From an uncultured Eubacteriales bacterium (GTDB lineage Bacteria > Bacillota > Clostridia > Oscillospirales > Acutalibacteraceae): DNA of 64,000 nucleotides. This document shows, piece by piece, positions 8,337-16,994 of this stretch. Location: NCBI GenBank assembly GCA_934486615.1, contig CAKSQO010000002.1, positions 112,425 to 176,424 on the forward strand. The letters are read 5' to 3'. Position numbers and translations under genes: made by a program. The notes below the pieces were generated by a model that had not been told where the DNA came from, did no database searches, and was given only the letters and a program-made list of their open reading frames with translations. Position 1 is the stretch's first letter. Every line of letters begins with the position of its first letter.

Positions 8337-8948
8337 ATGGCTACGGACGAATACCTTAAAATACTGGTTGACGACATTCATTCAGTCACGGTCGCAACGC
8401 TCGGCGCGGACGGCCGCCCGCAGACTCGCGCTATTGATATGATGCTGTTTGATGATAATGGCATATACTTCCTGACCGCGAAGGGCAAGTCGTTCCGTGA
8501 GCAGCTGAAAAGTCAGGGCTTCGCCGCCGTTTCGGCCGTTAAAGGTAAAGTCTCGCTCTCCCTGCGCGGCAGTGTCAGGAGCATAGGGCAGGAAAAGCTC
8601 GACCTGATTTTGGAGAAAAACAAGTATATGCAGCGCATCTATCCGCATCGCACGCGCGGCGCGCTCGAGGTGTTCTGCCTGTTCGACGCGCAGGGCGAAT
8701 ACTTCGACATAAGCGACCCCGCGCACATCAGACGCGACAGCTTCACAATCGGCTCAGCGCGTGTCTGTGACGTCGGTTATTTCATAGGCGAGGACTGCTT
8801 CGGCTGCGACAAGTGCCTTAAAGTCTGCCCGCAGGGGTGCATTGATGTATCACACACGCCTGCGGTCATCGACCGTCACGGCTGCCTCGGGTGCGGGCAA
8901 TGCGCCGAAGTCTGCCCCGCGCACGCCGTGAAAAGGAGGACACTGTGA
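8337..8948 (+). CDS. Pyridoxamine 5'-phosphate oxidase-like (FMN-binding split-barrel) protein fused to a 2x[4Fe-4S] ferredoxin domain
   Basis: The N-terminus has a PNPOx-like fold signature. The C-terminus carries CFGCDKCLKVCP and CLGCGQCAEVCP (CxxCxxCxxxCP twice). Its stop overlaps the GTG start of the macro gene as GTGA. Confidence 0.65.
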   Translation: MATDEYLKILVDDIHSVTVATLGADGRPQTRAIDMMLFDDNGIYFLTAKGKSFREQLKSQGFAAVSAVKGKVSLSLRGSVRSIGQEKLDLILEKNKYMQRIYPHRTRGALEVFCLFDAQGEYFDISDPAHIRRDSFTIGSARVCDVGYFIGEDCFGCDKCLKVCPQGCIDVSHTPAVIDRHGCLGCGQCAEVCPAHAVKRRTL

Positions 8949-9718
8949 CTCAGGACGAGCGCCGAAAGTATATGATAAGCGCACTTCTTTGCGAGCGCTC
9001 GGGGCGCGACCGAATCGCCGCCCCGAGCGCGCCGGACGAGCAGCGCAGGCTGCTTCGCGCACTGATGAACGTGCGGCCGCCGCGGCCGATAAGCGCGGAC
9101 TTTCTGAAAGTTCAGGATGAATATCTGCGCGAAAGATTGGCCGAAAGAAAAGTAACCGACGCGGCCGCTTTAGACGAAATTCAGCCGCACATCTGCCTGT
9201 GGCAGGGCGACATCACGACGCTTAAATGCGACGCGATAGTAAACGCCGCAAACAGCGCCATGCTCGGCTGCTTCTGCCCCAACCACGGCTGCATCGACAA
9301 CGCGATCCATACGTTCGCGGGCGTGCAGCTGCGGCTCAAATGCGCCGAAATTATGGCGCACCAAGGCGCCGCCGAGCCTGTCGGGCGCGCGAAGATTACT
9401 CCCGCTTACAACCTGCCGAGCCGCTATGTTCTGCACACCGTCGGGCCGTATGTCGAGGGCTTGACCACCGCGCGCGACAAAGAGGCGCTTGCCTCGTGTT
9501 ACCGCTCCTGCCTTGAGCTGGCGGCGGCAAACGGGCTTGAAAGTGTGGCGTTTTGCTGCATTTCAACCGGCGAGTTTCACTTCCCAAACGCGCAGGCGGC
9601 CAAAATAGCCGTGGCGACTGTCAGGGAATTTTTAACCGCACCGACGAGTGTGAAAAGGGTGATTTTTAATGTTTTCAAAGCTACAGACCGCGAAATCTAC
9701 GCGCGGCAGCTCGGCTGA
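8945..9718 (+). CDS. Macrodomain protein (ADP-ribose-protein hydrolase, SirTM-partner type)
   Basis: GDITTLKCDAIVNAANSAMLGC...GCIDNAIH...YVLHTVGP are macro-domain motifs. GTG at 8945 follows a strong AAAGGAGG RBS, and the ORF-track ATG at 8891 lies inside the upstream gene. Confidence 0.75.
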   Translation: MTQDERRKYMISALLCERSGRDRIAAPSAPDEQRRLLRALMNVRPPRPISADFLKVQDEYLRERLAERKVTDAAALDEIQPHICLWQGDITTLKCDAIVNAANSAMLGCFCPNHGCIDNAIHTFAGVQLRLKCAEIMAHQGAAEPVGRAKITPAYNLPSRYVLHTVGPYVEGLTTARDKEALASCYRSCLELAAANGLESVAFCCISTGEFHFPNAQAAKIAVATVREFLTAPTSVKRVIFNVFKATDREIYARQLG

Positions 9719-10538
9719 CGTAAAGCGGCTTAAAGCCGCGCTTGAAGCGGCTGACGCGGTCATAATCGGAGCGGGCGCGGGCCTTTCGGCCTCGGCGGGC
9801 TTCACATATTCGGGCGAGCGATTTGAGCGATACTTCTCCGATTTCGGCGAAAAATACGGCTTTTCCGATATGTACTCGGGCGGGTTTTATCCGTTTTCGT
9901 CAGACGAGGAATACTGGGCGTACTGGAGCCGCTACATCTTCGTCAACCGCTATCTGGACGCGCCGAAGCCCGTTTACAGCGACCTGCTTTCGCTTATAAA
10001 GGGCAAGGACTGCTTTGTTATAACGACGAACGTCGACCACTGCTTTCAAAAGGCGGGCTTTGACAAAAAGCGGCTGTTTTACACGCAGGGCGACTACGGC
10101 CTGTTTCAGTGCAGCGAGCCGTGCTGCCGGGAAACCTTCGACAACGAAGCGGCCGTGTGCGAGATGCGCAACAGGCAGCGTGATATGCGCGTGCCGAGCG
10201 AGCTTGTGCCGCGCTGCCCGCACTGCGGCAGGCCGATGACGTTGAATTTGCGCTGCGACGACCGCTTTGTCGAGGACGAAGGCTGGCACGCGGCGGCGCA
10301 GCGGTACGCCGACTTTCTGCGCACACGGCGCGAGCAAAAGGTGCTGTTTCTTGAGCTTGGGGTTGGCTTCAACACCCCTGTGATAATCAAGTATCCGTTC
10401 TGGCGTATGACGGGTGATAATCCCCGCGCGACCTACGCCTGCATAAATCGCGGCGACGCGTTTTGCCCCGACGCGATAAGCGAGCGCGCGATATGCATCG
10501 ACGGCGATATCGCCGAAATTTTATCCGAGCTGAAATAA
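9669..10538 (+). CDS. Sir2-family protein of the macrodomain-linked (SirTM) class
   Basis: The GAGAGLSASAG, TTNVDH, QGDY and CPHCG motifs are present. It overlaps the macro gene by about 50 nt, as in the conserved macro-sirTM operon. Confidence 0.75.
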   Translation: MFSKLQTAKSTRGSSADVKRLKAALEAADAVIIGAGAGLSASAGFTYSGERFERYFSDFGEKYGFSDMYSGGFYPFSSDEEYWAYWSRYIFVNRYLDAPKPVYSDLLSLIKGKDCFVITTNVDHCFQKAGFDKKRLFYTQGDYGLFQCSEPCCRETFDNEAAVCEMRNRQRDMRVPSELVPRCPHCGRPMTLNLRCDDRFVEDEGWHAAAQRYADFLRTRREQKVLFLELGVGFNTPVIIKYPFWRMTGDNPRATYACINRGDAFCPDAISERAICIDGDIAEILSELK

Positions 10539-10539
10539 A

Positions 10540-10585
10540 AAACGCCGAAGAGGCAAGCGAAATGCTGACCTCTTTCGGCGTTTGA
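10540..10585. terminator. Bidirectional terminator between sirTM (+) and the vanZ-like gene (-)
   Basis: AAAACGCCGAAGAGG ... CCTCTTTCGGCGTTTGATTTT forms the hairpin. Confidence 0.65.
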
Positions 10586-10587
10586 TT

Positions 10588-12039
10588 TTATTCGGGTTTT
10601 GCGGCAGCGCGCCTTTGCTTCAGCATTTTGATCGCGGTGCTCAGCTCGTATGCGGCGAGGAAGCCCATCGCTCCGCCAAGAGTGTTGCCGAACAGGTCGT
10701 CAAGCTCGGCTATACCGAGCGAGGTGACATACTGCGTGACCTCTATCGCAAGCGAGAACAGCAGCGGCACGAGCAAAAAGCGCTTCTTTTTAAGCTGCAT
10801 ATAGAGCGACGCGCCGAACGGCACGAACAGCCAGACGTTGTTTATCACGCCTGTGCGGCGGCTCATACTGACAAGGAACACCTGCGCATAGGAGAACAGC
10901 TGCAAATTCAGCCGCGTGTCCCCCGTTTCGCGGAACATCAGCGTTTCGTACAATATGAATACGACGTAGAGCACCGACAGCACTATACGCAGCTTCTTCG
11001 GTGCGACGATGATAAGCAGCGTGACGAACACGCCGAACAGAACGACGGTGAAAGGAAATCCGCTTAAAATATTGTCCACATTTAGTAATACATGCCCGCC
11101 GCGGCTGAGCTGCAGGCGCTCCGAGCCGCTGATTTTCACGCCGTAATAGCCCTTTTTCACGCGGTACGGCTCGCCGTCTGCGCCGAAGTACATCTCTTTT
11201 TCAATGGTGCCGTCGCGGTAATACGTCCGTGTGAGTGAGGTGTAGCCTGCCGTTGTCGCGGCGGGCTTACCGTCAGCGTCAAGATAGGTTATGCGGATGA
11301 CGCGGCCGTCCTTATTGTAATCATTTTTAACTCCATAGCAGCCGGACATGGTGGGCGCAGGCGCTCCCGACGCGTCGAAAGCCATTTCTTTGATCACGCG
11401 GTCGGACGAGTCGCGCTCATAGCGCTTTATCGCAGGGAAGACGCTCGACTGAAGAAGCAAGCCGCCCTCGCCGTAGTAGTAGACGGCGCAGTTATTGCCG
11501 TTATCGTCGTACTCGCGGCGCGTCTGCCGGTAGCCGCCCGAGCACTTGACAGTCTGCATTTGCGAGTCAAAATAAGTGTCGGTGTCGGCCTTGCCGCTCT
11601 CGGTGAGCGTGCGCTTTATGTAGGTGTAGCCGCCCACCGTCTGCATCGCGTTGCCGTCACGGTCGAGGTAGGTCAGCATGTCATAGCCGTCAAAGTGCTC
11701 ATAAGAAATACCCGCATAGCCGCCCTTACCGAGCATAGGCTCGCCGTTTTCGTCCAGATAGCGCTCGAGTATCAGCTTGCCGTCGGAATTATTCGTCTTT
11801 TCAAGCACGGCATAGCCGATGTCGACCGCGACCGTCGCCTGCCCCTTTTTATCCGTATAGACCGTGCGGGTGATGTTGCCCTCGGTCAGCTCGTTTTTTT
11901 CGAGCTCGGCGGAGATCGCTCCCGCGTTATGGTTGACCCCGCCAATCGGAATCAACAGCATTAGCGAAGCAACCGTAAAGGCGATAAGGAACGCCGCGGC
12001 AATGATATGGCGCAGCGTGCCCGTTTTAGAGTTGAGCAT
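10588..12039 (-). CDS. VanZ-family membrane protein with an N-terminal extracellular repeat domain
   Basis: The C-terminal about 170 aa have VanZ-like TM helices (..LFVPFGASLY..EVTQYV..). The N-terminal about 300 aa follow a TM anchor and carry 4-5 repeats of about 38 aa of the pattern GYxxxxxxY-D-DG. Confidence 0.6.
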   Translation of the reverse strand: MLNSKTGTLRHIIAAAFLIAFTVASLMLLIPIGGVNHNAGAISAELEKNELTEGNITRTVYTDKKGQATVAVDIGYAVLEKTNNSDGKLILERYLDENGEPMLGKGGYAGISYEHFDGYDMLTYLDRDGNAMQTVGGYTYIKRTLTESGKADTDTYFDSQMQTVKCSGGYRQTRREYDDNGNNCAVYYYGEGGLLLQSSVFPAIKRYERDSSDRVIKEMAFDASGAPAPTMSGCYGVKNDYNKDGRVIRITYLDADGKPAATTAGYTSLTRTYYRDGTIEKEMYFGADGEPYRVKKGYYGVKISGSERLQLSRGGHVLLNVDNILSGFPFTVVLFGVFVTLLIIVAPKKLRIVLSVLYVVFILYETLMFRETGDTRLNLQLFSYAQVFLVSMSRRTGVINNVWLFVPFGASLYMQLKKKRFLLVPLLFSLAIEVTQYVTSLGIAELDDLFGNTLGGAMGFLAAYELSTAIKMLKQRRAAAKPE

Positions 12040-12157
12040 CTCTTTTTTCCTTTCGCAAACGAACCGACCTCACCCGCTTTGTGAGGCGCGCGGCGGCTGA
12101 AATCGGTTCATTCTGAATTTGAAGCTGTGCGTTTGCGCGCGCAAACTGCTTAAAATC

Positions 12158-12676
12158 TCAGTCTCTGCGGAACAGGTCTCGTGTGTACACCTTCTGCTCC
12201 ACATCGTCAAGGCAGGAGTCGTAGCGATTGGCGATGATCGCCTGACTGCGGCGCTTAAACTCGTCAAGGTCGTTGACGACCTCGCTGCCGAAGAAGGTTG
12301 AGCCGTTCTCGAGCGTCGGCTCATAGATGATGACGGTCGCGCCCTTGGCCTTGATGCGCTTCATTACGCCCTGAATGGACGACTGGCGGAAGTTGTCTGA
12401 GTTCGACTTCATCGTCAGTCGGAACACGCCGACCACGACCTCGTGCTCCTTGCCGGGGTCGTAGTGCTCGTTGACCTCGTAAGCGCCCGCGATCTCAAGC
12501 ACACGCTCGGCGATAAAGTCCTTGCGCGTGCGGTTGGACTCGACAATGGCCCGACCGTGTGCAGAACATAGCAGCTCGGCCGGTTGTATGCGGGAGTTAT
12601 CTGCAAGGCGTCTGCCGCAAACACAATGTCGGAGCATCTTCCGGACGTTCTTACCGATCATCAAAGGGAGCACCAA
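12158..12676 (-). pseudogene. ugd: Mosaic gene remnant: 3' fragment of UDP-glucose 6-dehydrogenase fused in another frame to an about 80-nt fragment of a macrodomain gene
   Basis: [19 protein letters not shown]...[35 protein letters not shown]...[23 protein letters not shown] is the C-terminal UDP-binding domain of Ugd. In a different minus frame, 12545-12625 encodes [18 protein letters not shown] and is about 87% nt identical to 9401-9460 of the intact macro gene. The catalytic N-terminal Ugd domains are absent. Confidence 0.6.
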
Positions 12677-12959
12677 AGAATTCGACAGCTTTCACCAACA
12701 GTTCGTCAATACCTCAGCTCTGTCATATCCGGGTTTCTTCTTCGGTCGGCCGCGCTCCGCTTTTACGGTGTCAGTTGACATCACGGAAGCCGTAGGTTCC
12801 AAAATACTCTCCCATCATAAATTTCCTAAGCCCAAAGAGTAAATAGAATAAAGAATATGCTTTAGCCGGATAATTATCCGTTGCCTGCTGCTCACCACGG
12901 AGAGGTAGCACACTTGAGCAGCCCAACCATGTGGCAGAACACATGGCCGTTGTACGGAA

Positions 12960-14147
12960 TCAGTATTTTCTCCAAACCATCTTATCGACCACGTTGACAT
13001 ATCCCTGAATGATGCGAACCACCTTCATAGACACTGTCTCGTCCACATAGTCGGGGCAGGGCTTACCCAGAACGCCCTTCTGCTTCATTTCGATAGCCAT
13101 ATCGGTAGCGTTGAGAAGTTCCCGTGTGGTAATACCGGCCAGGATGAAGTCACCTGATTCCAGTGCTTCGGGACGTTCCGTACTGGTACGGATGCACACG
13201 GCGGCGATGGGATGCCCAATGGACAGGTAGAAGCTGCTCTCCTCGGGCAGCGTGCCGGAGTCGGAGACAATCGCCAGAGCGTTCATTTGCAGCTTGTTGT
13301 AGTCGTTGAAGCCCAGCGGCTCGTTGACACGGACACGAGGGTCAAGTTTGAAGCCACTCTTTTCCAGACGGTGCTTGCTGCGGGGATGGCAGGAGTAGAG
13401 AATGGGCATATCGTACTTTTCCGCCAGTGCGTTAATTGCGGTGAACAGGCTCAGGAAGTTCTTTTCGGAGTCGATATTCTCCTCCCGGTGGGCAGACAGC
13501 AGAATGTACTTGTCCTTTTCCAGCCCCAGACGCTCTAACACATCGCTTTTCTGAATCTTCTCCAGATTCATATGCAATACCTCTGCCATGGGAGAGCCGG
13601 TCTGGTAGGTTCGCTCCTTGGGCAGTCCGGTATCCGCCAAATACTTACGGGCGAACTCGGAGTAGCACAGGTTCACGTCGGAAATTACGTCCACGATGCG
13701 GCGGTTGGTCTCCTCGGGCAGGCACTCGTCCTTGCAGCGGTTGCCGGCCTCCATGTGAAACAGCGGGATGTGCAGCCGCTTGGCGGAGATGGCGGACAGA
13801 CAGGAGTTGGTGTCGCCCAGAACCAGATAACCCTCAGGCTGTAATTCGGACAGAAGCTCATAGCTGCGACCCAGGATATTCCCACAGGTCACACCCAGAT
13901 TCTCGCCAACCACGGGCACCAGAATGTCCGGACCATACTCCCCGAAGGTGTTTTTCAGCTCGAAATCCTCCCAGAATACGGTGGAGAGGTTTCTGTCCCA
14001 GTTTTGATTGTAATAGACCACGCAGCAGTCGAAGTATTCACGGCAGCGCTTGATAACCGCAGCCAGTCGGATGATTTCCGGACGGGTGCCGCAGCCAATC
14101 ATGACCTTTGTGCGCCCGTCATTTTTCCATTTAAAATTGTGTTCCAT
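12960..14147 (-). CDS. UDP-N-acetylglucosamine 2-epimerase (non-hydrolysing; Cap5G/FnlC-like)
   Basis: The ORF is 395 aa with epimerase_2-family motifs (GTRPEIIRLAAV, HxEAG-like HMEAGNR). Confidence 0.75.
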   Translation of the reverse strand: MEHNFKWKNDGRTKVMIGCGTRPEIIRLAAVIKRCREYFDCCVVYYNQNWDRNLSTVFWEDFELKNTFGEYGPDILVPVVGENLGVTCGNILGRSYELLSELQPEGYLVLGDTNSCLSAISAKRLHIPLFHMEAGNRCKDECLPEETNRRIVDVISDVNLCYSEFARKYLADTGLPKERTYQTGSPMAEVLHMNLEKIQKSDVLERLGLEKDKYILLSAHREENIDSEKNFLSLFTAINALAEKYDMPILYSCHPRSKHRLEKSGFKLDPRVRVNEPLGFNDYNKLQMNALAIVSDSGTLPEESSFYLSIGHPIAAVCIRTSTERPEALESGDFILAGITTRELLNATDMAIEMKQKGVLGKPCPDYVDETVSMKVVRIIQGYVNVVDKMVWRKY

Positions 14148-14179
14148 AATATTCTCCTAAAGTCAACCGGTAGCTACTC

Positions 14180-15376
14180 TTACACCGGCTCGAAGAAGGT
14201 GTCGGGGTGATTGGGGTCAAAAACCTCGTTACAGGTCATTACCGTCACCAGATTCTCCGTCTCCGACAGGTTGATGATGTTATGGGTCCAGCCGGGAATC
14301 ATGTGGACAGCCTCGATCTTGTCTCCGGAAACCTCAAACTCCACCATTTCTCCGGTGTTGATGTTCCGTTCCTGAATCAAGCCGTGACCAGCCACCACGA
14401 TGAACAGCTCCCACTTGGAGTTGTGCCAGTGCTGCCCCTTGGTGATGCCGGGGCGGCTGATGTTGATGCTCACCTGACCGCAGTCGGCGGTATGCACCAG
14501 TTCCGTGAAAGAGCCACGGTTATCCACGTTCATCTTCAGGGCATACTTAAACTTGTCCGTTGGCAGATAGGTCAAGTACAGAGAATACAGCTTCTTGGCA
14601 AAAGAGCCGTCGGGCATTTTCGGCATCATAAGCGTAGTCGGCTGTGCCTTGAACTCCTGCAGCAAGTCCACAATCTCCCCCAGCGTGACCTTATGCGTGA
14701 CGGGCACGCAGCAGTAGCGACCGTCTGCTTTCAGCACAGTCTCGACCCCGTCAAACCCGCAGTGCTGCTCCCTGCCCTCGAGCAGGTCGAACATACCCTC
14801 GACGAGGTCGTCGATGTAGAGCAGCTCAAGCTCGGTCGAACGGTCGTTGACGGTGAAAGGCTCGTCGTTGGCGACCGCCCAGCAGAATGTGCTGACGGCG
14901 CTGTTGTACTTGGGGCGGCTGTGCCCCATCAGATTCGGGAAACGGTAAACCGCGACCTTGGCACCTGTTTCATCGGCATAGTCGAAGAACAGCTCCTCGC
15001 CCGCCTTTTTGCTGCGGCCGTACTCGCTGTTGCCGAAGCGGCCCGCGAGCGTGGCCTGAATGGAGGACGACAGCATTATCGTCGCCTTGTTGCCGTGCTT
15101 TTTCAGGCAATCGAGCAGCGCCGACGCAAAGCCGAAGTTGCCCTTCATAAAATCGTCGGGATTTTCGGGGCGGTTGACGCCCGCAAGGTTGAACACAAAG
15201 TCCGCCTTTTGGCAATAAGCGTCCAGCTCGTCCGCGGTCGAGTCGATGTCGTACTCGTAAATCTCGTCGACCTTGATGTTCGGGCGGGTTCTGTTCTTGC
15301 CGTCACGGATGTTTTTCAGATTATTGCACAGGGCAGTTCCGACCATGCCCTTTGCGCCTGTTATGAGAATATTCAA
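14180..15376 (-). CDS. CapF/FnlB-like bifunctional SDR reductase with a C-terminal cupin domain
   Basis: The N-terminal Rossmann motif ILITGAKGMVG is followed by a C-terminal cupin-like segment (HWHNSKWELFIVVAGHG). TTG at 15376 after RBS GAGGTG is chosen because the longer ORF-track start overlaps the upstream gene. Confidence 0.65.
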   Translation of the reverse strand: MNILITGAKGMVGTALCNNLKNIRDGKNRTRPNIKVDEIYEYDIDSTADELDAYCQKADFVFNLAGVNRPENPDDFMKGNFGFASALLDCLKKHGNKATIMLSSSIQATLAGRFGNSEYGRSKKAGEELFFDYADETGAKVAVYRFPNLMGHSRPKYNSAVSTFCWAVANDEPFTVNDRSTELELLYIDDLVEGMFDLLEGREQHCGFDGVETVLKADGRYCCVPVTHKVTLGEIVDLLQEFKAQPTTLMMPKMPDGSFAKKLYSLYLTYLPTDKFKYALKMNVDNRGSFTELVHTADCGQVSINISRPGITKGQHWHNSKWELFIVVAGHGLIQERNINTGEMVEFEVSGDKIEAVHMIPGWTHNIINLSETENLVTVMTCNEVFDPNHPDTFFEPV

Positions 15377-15386
15377 ACTTTTCACC

Positions 15387-15953
15387 TCAATGCACGGCTG
15401 TGCAGTCGGGAATGTCCGCGCCCTGCGGCACGGTGGAATCATTACATACGGTCGAGTTGCCGCCGATACGCGCAAAGTCGCCGACCGCGGCATTTGTGCG
15501 CACGACCGAATTGGTGTAAAGCAGCGCATAGTCGCCGACCGAGCCGCCGCAGTGCACCTCGACGCCCGCGTTCAGGATAACTCCGCTGCCGACCTTTGCG
15601 CCGTTTTGCACGCAGGCGTGCTGCATTATTATGCAGCCGCAGCCCACTTCGGCGAAGGGGCTGATGTACGCGCTTTCGGCGATTATATTCGGGAAAGTGA
15701 AGCCGAGCGCGGCCGCTTTAGCATACACTTCCGCGCGGAAGCTGTTGTTCCCCACGCCGACGACGAGCAAGCTGTACTCCTTGCGCAGCTGCGGCAGATC
15801 GGCAACCGAGCCGACCACCGTCAGCCCGTCGATAACACTGCCGACGGGCTTTCCGTCGTCGACAAAGGCGCAGTCGAACTTCAGCGCCGCCTGCTCCGCC
15901 GCCATACGGCCGAAGCCGCCCGCTCCGATCAAAAGCAGCTTCTGCTTAGACAT
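15387..15953 (-). CDS. PglD/NeuD-family sugar N/O-acyltransferase (left-handed beta-helix)
   Basis: An N-terminal Rossmann-like LLLIGAGGFGR is followed by C-terminal hexapeptide repeats, as in NeuD/PglD. Confidence 0.7.
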   Translation of the reverse strand: MSKQKLLLIGAGGFGRMAAEQAALKFDCAFVDDGKPVGSVIDGLTVVGSVADLPQLRKEYSLLVVGVGNNSFRAEVYAKAAALGFTFPNIIAESAYISPFAEVGCGCIIMQHACVQNGAKVGSGVILNAGVEVHCGGSVGDYALLYTNSVVRTNAAVGDFARIGGNSTVCNDSTVPQGADIPDCTAVH

Positions 15954-16992
15954 TCGGAATGCCCTTCAGTGCGTTCTGGACATATTCGGTGGTCAGGATC
16001 TTCTTTACAGTGCCTTCCACGTCCAGGCGGTTGGTATTGTGGCTGGTGTAGGACTCGTCCGCCATGGTATGTACCTCGCCCTTGACGACGAACTTGTCAT
16101 AGTTGAGGTCGCGATTATCGGCGGAAACACGGAAATAGTGGCCCATATCCTCGCTGCGCAGGCGCTCCTCGCGGGTCATCAGCGTCTCAAACAGCTTCTC
16201 GCCGTGACGGGTGCCGATGATATTCGTGCCGGTGTCGCCGAACAGCTGCTGGACGGCCTTGGCAAGGTCGCCGATGGTGGACGCGTCGGCCTTCTGAATG
16301 AACAGGTCGCCCGGGTTTGCGTGCTGGAACGCGAACATAACAAGGTCGACCGCCTCGTCAAGGTTCATAAGGAAGCGGGTCATATTCGGGTCGGTGATGG
16401 TGATGGGGCTGCCAGCCTTGATCTGGTCGATGAACAGCGGAATTACGCTGCCGCGGCTGCACATTACGTTGCCGTAGCGGGTGCAGCAGATGGTCGTGCC
16501 GCCGCGCTCGGCCGCTACGCGGGCATTGGCGTAGATGACGTGCTCCATCATCGCCTTGGAAATGCCCATAGCATTGATAGGATAAGCGGCCTTATCGGTC
16601 GAAAGGCAGACCACGCGCTTGACGCCCGCGTCAATGGCGGCGTGCAGCACGTTATCCGTGCCGATTACGTTGGTCTGGACCGCCTGCATCGGGAAGAACT
16701 CGCACGACGGCACCTGCTTGAGAGCGGCTGCGTGAAAGATGTAGTCGACGCCGGGCATAGCGTCGCGAACGGACTGCGGATTGCGCACGTCGCCGATGTA
16801 GAACTTCACCTTCTTTGCAGTGTCAGGGTGCTTGGCCTGAAGCTCATGACGCATATCGTCCTGCTTTTTCTCATCGCGCGAGAAAATGCGGATTTCCTTC
16901 AGGTCGGAGTCAAGAAAGTGCTTTAAAACCGTCGAGCCAAAAGACCCCGTACCTCCCGTGATCATAAGGGTTGCGTTATTGAATGTAGACAT
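15946..16992 (-). CDS. UDP-GlcNAc 4,6-dehydratase/5-epimerase (CapD/Cap5E/FnlA-like)
   Basis: MITGGTGSFG precedes the extended SDR-e motifs YxxxK (YGNVMCSRGSV region). The 348-aa length is typical of FnlA. Confidence 0.75.
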   Translation of the reverse strand: MSTFNNATLMITGGTGSFGSTVLKHFLDSDLKEIRIFSRDEKKQDDMRHELQAKHPDTAKKVKFYIGDVRNPQSVRDAMPGVDYIFHAAALKQVPSCEFFPMQAVQTNVIGTDNVLHAAIDAGVKRVVCLSTDKAAYPINAMGISKAMMEHVIYANARVAAERGGTTICCTRYGNVMCSRGSVIPLFIDQIKAGSPITITDPNMTRFLMNLDEAVDLVMFAFQHANPGDLFIQKADASTIGDLAKAVQQLFGDTGTNIIGTRHGEKLFETLMTREERLRSEDMGHYFRVSADNRDLNYDKFVVKGEVHTMADESYTSHNTNRLDVEGTVKKILTTEYVQNALKGIPNV

Positions 16993-16994
16993 TT

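Noticed and set aside
8891-8944. ATG start at 8891 for the macro gene
   Set aside because: It would overlap the upstream gene by 58 nt. GTG at 8945 has a consensus AAAGGAGG RBS and gives a normal macrodomain N-terminus.
14207-16926. Long plus-strand ORFs (457, 270 and 431 aa) across the FnlA/CapF region
   Set aside because: They are antisense to strongly supported sugar-nucleotide enzyme genes and have Arg/Ala/Gly-rich, low-complexity translations typical of GC-rich shadow frames.
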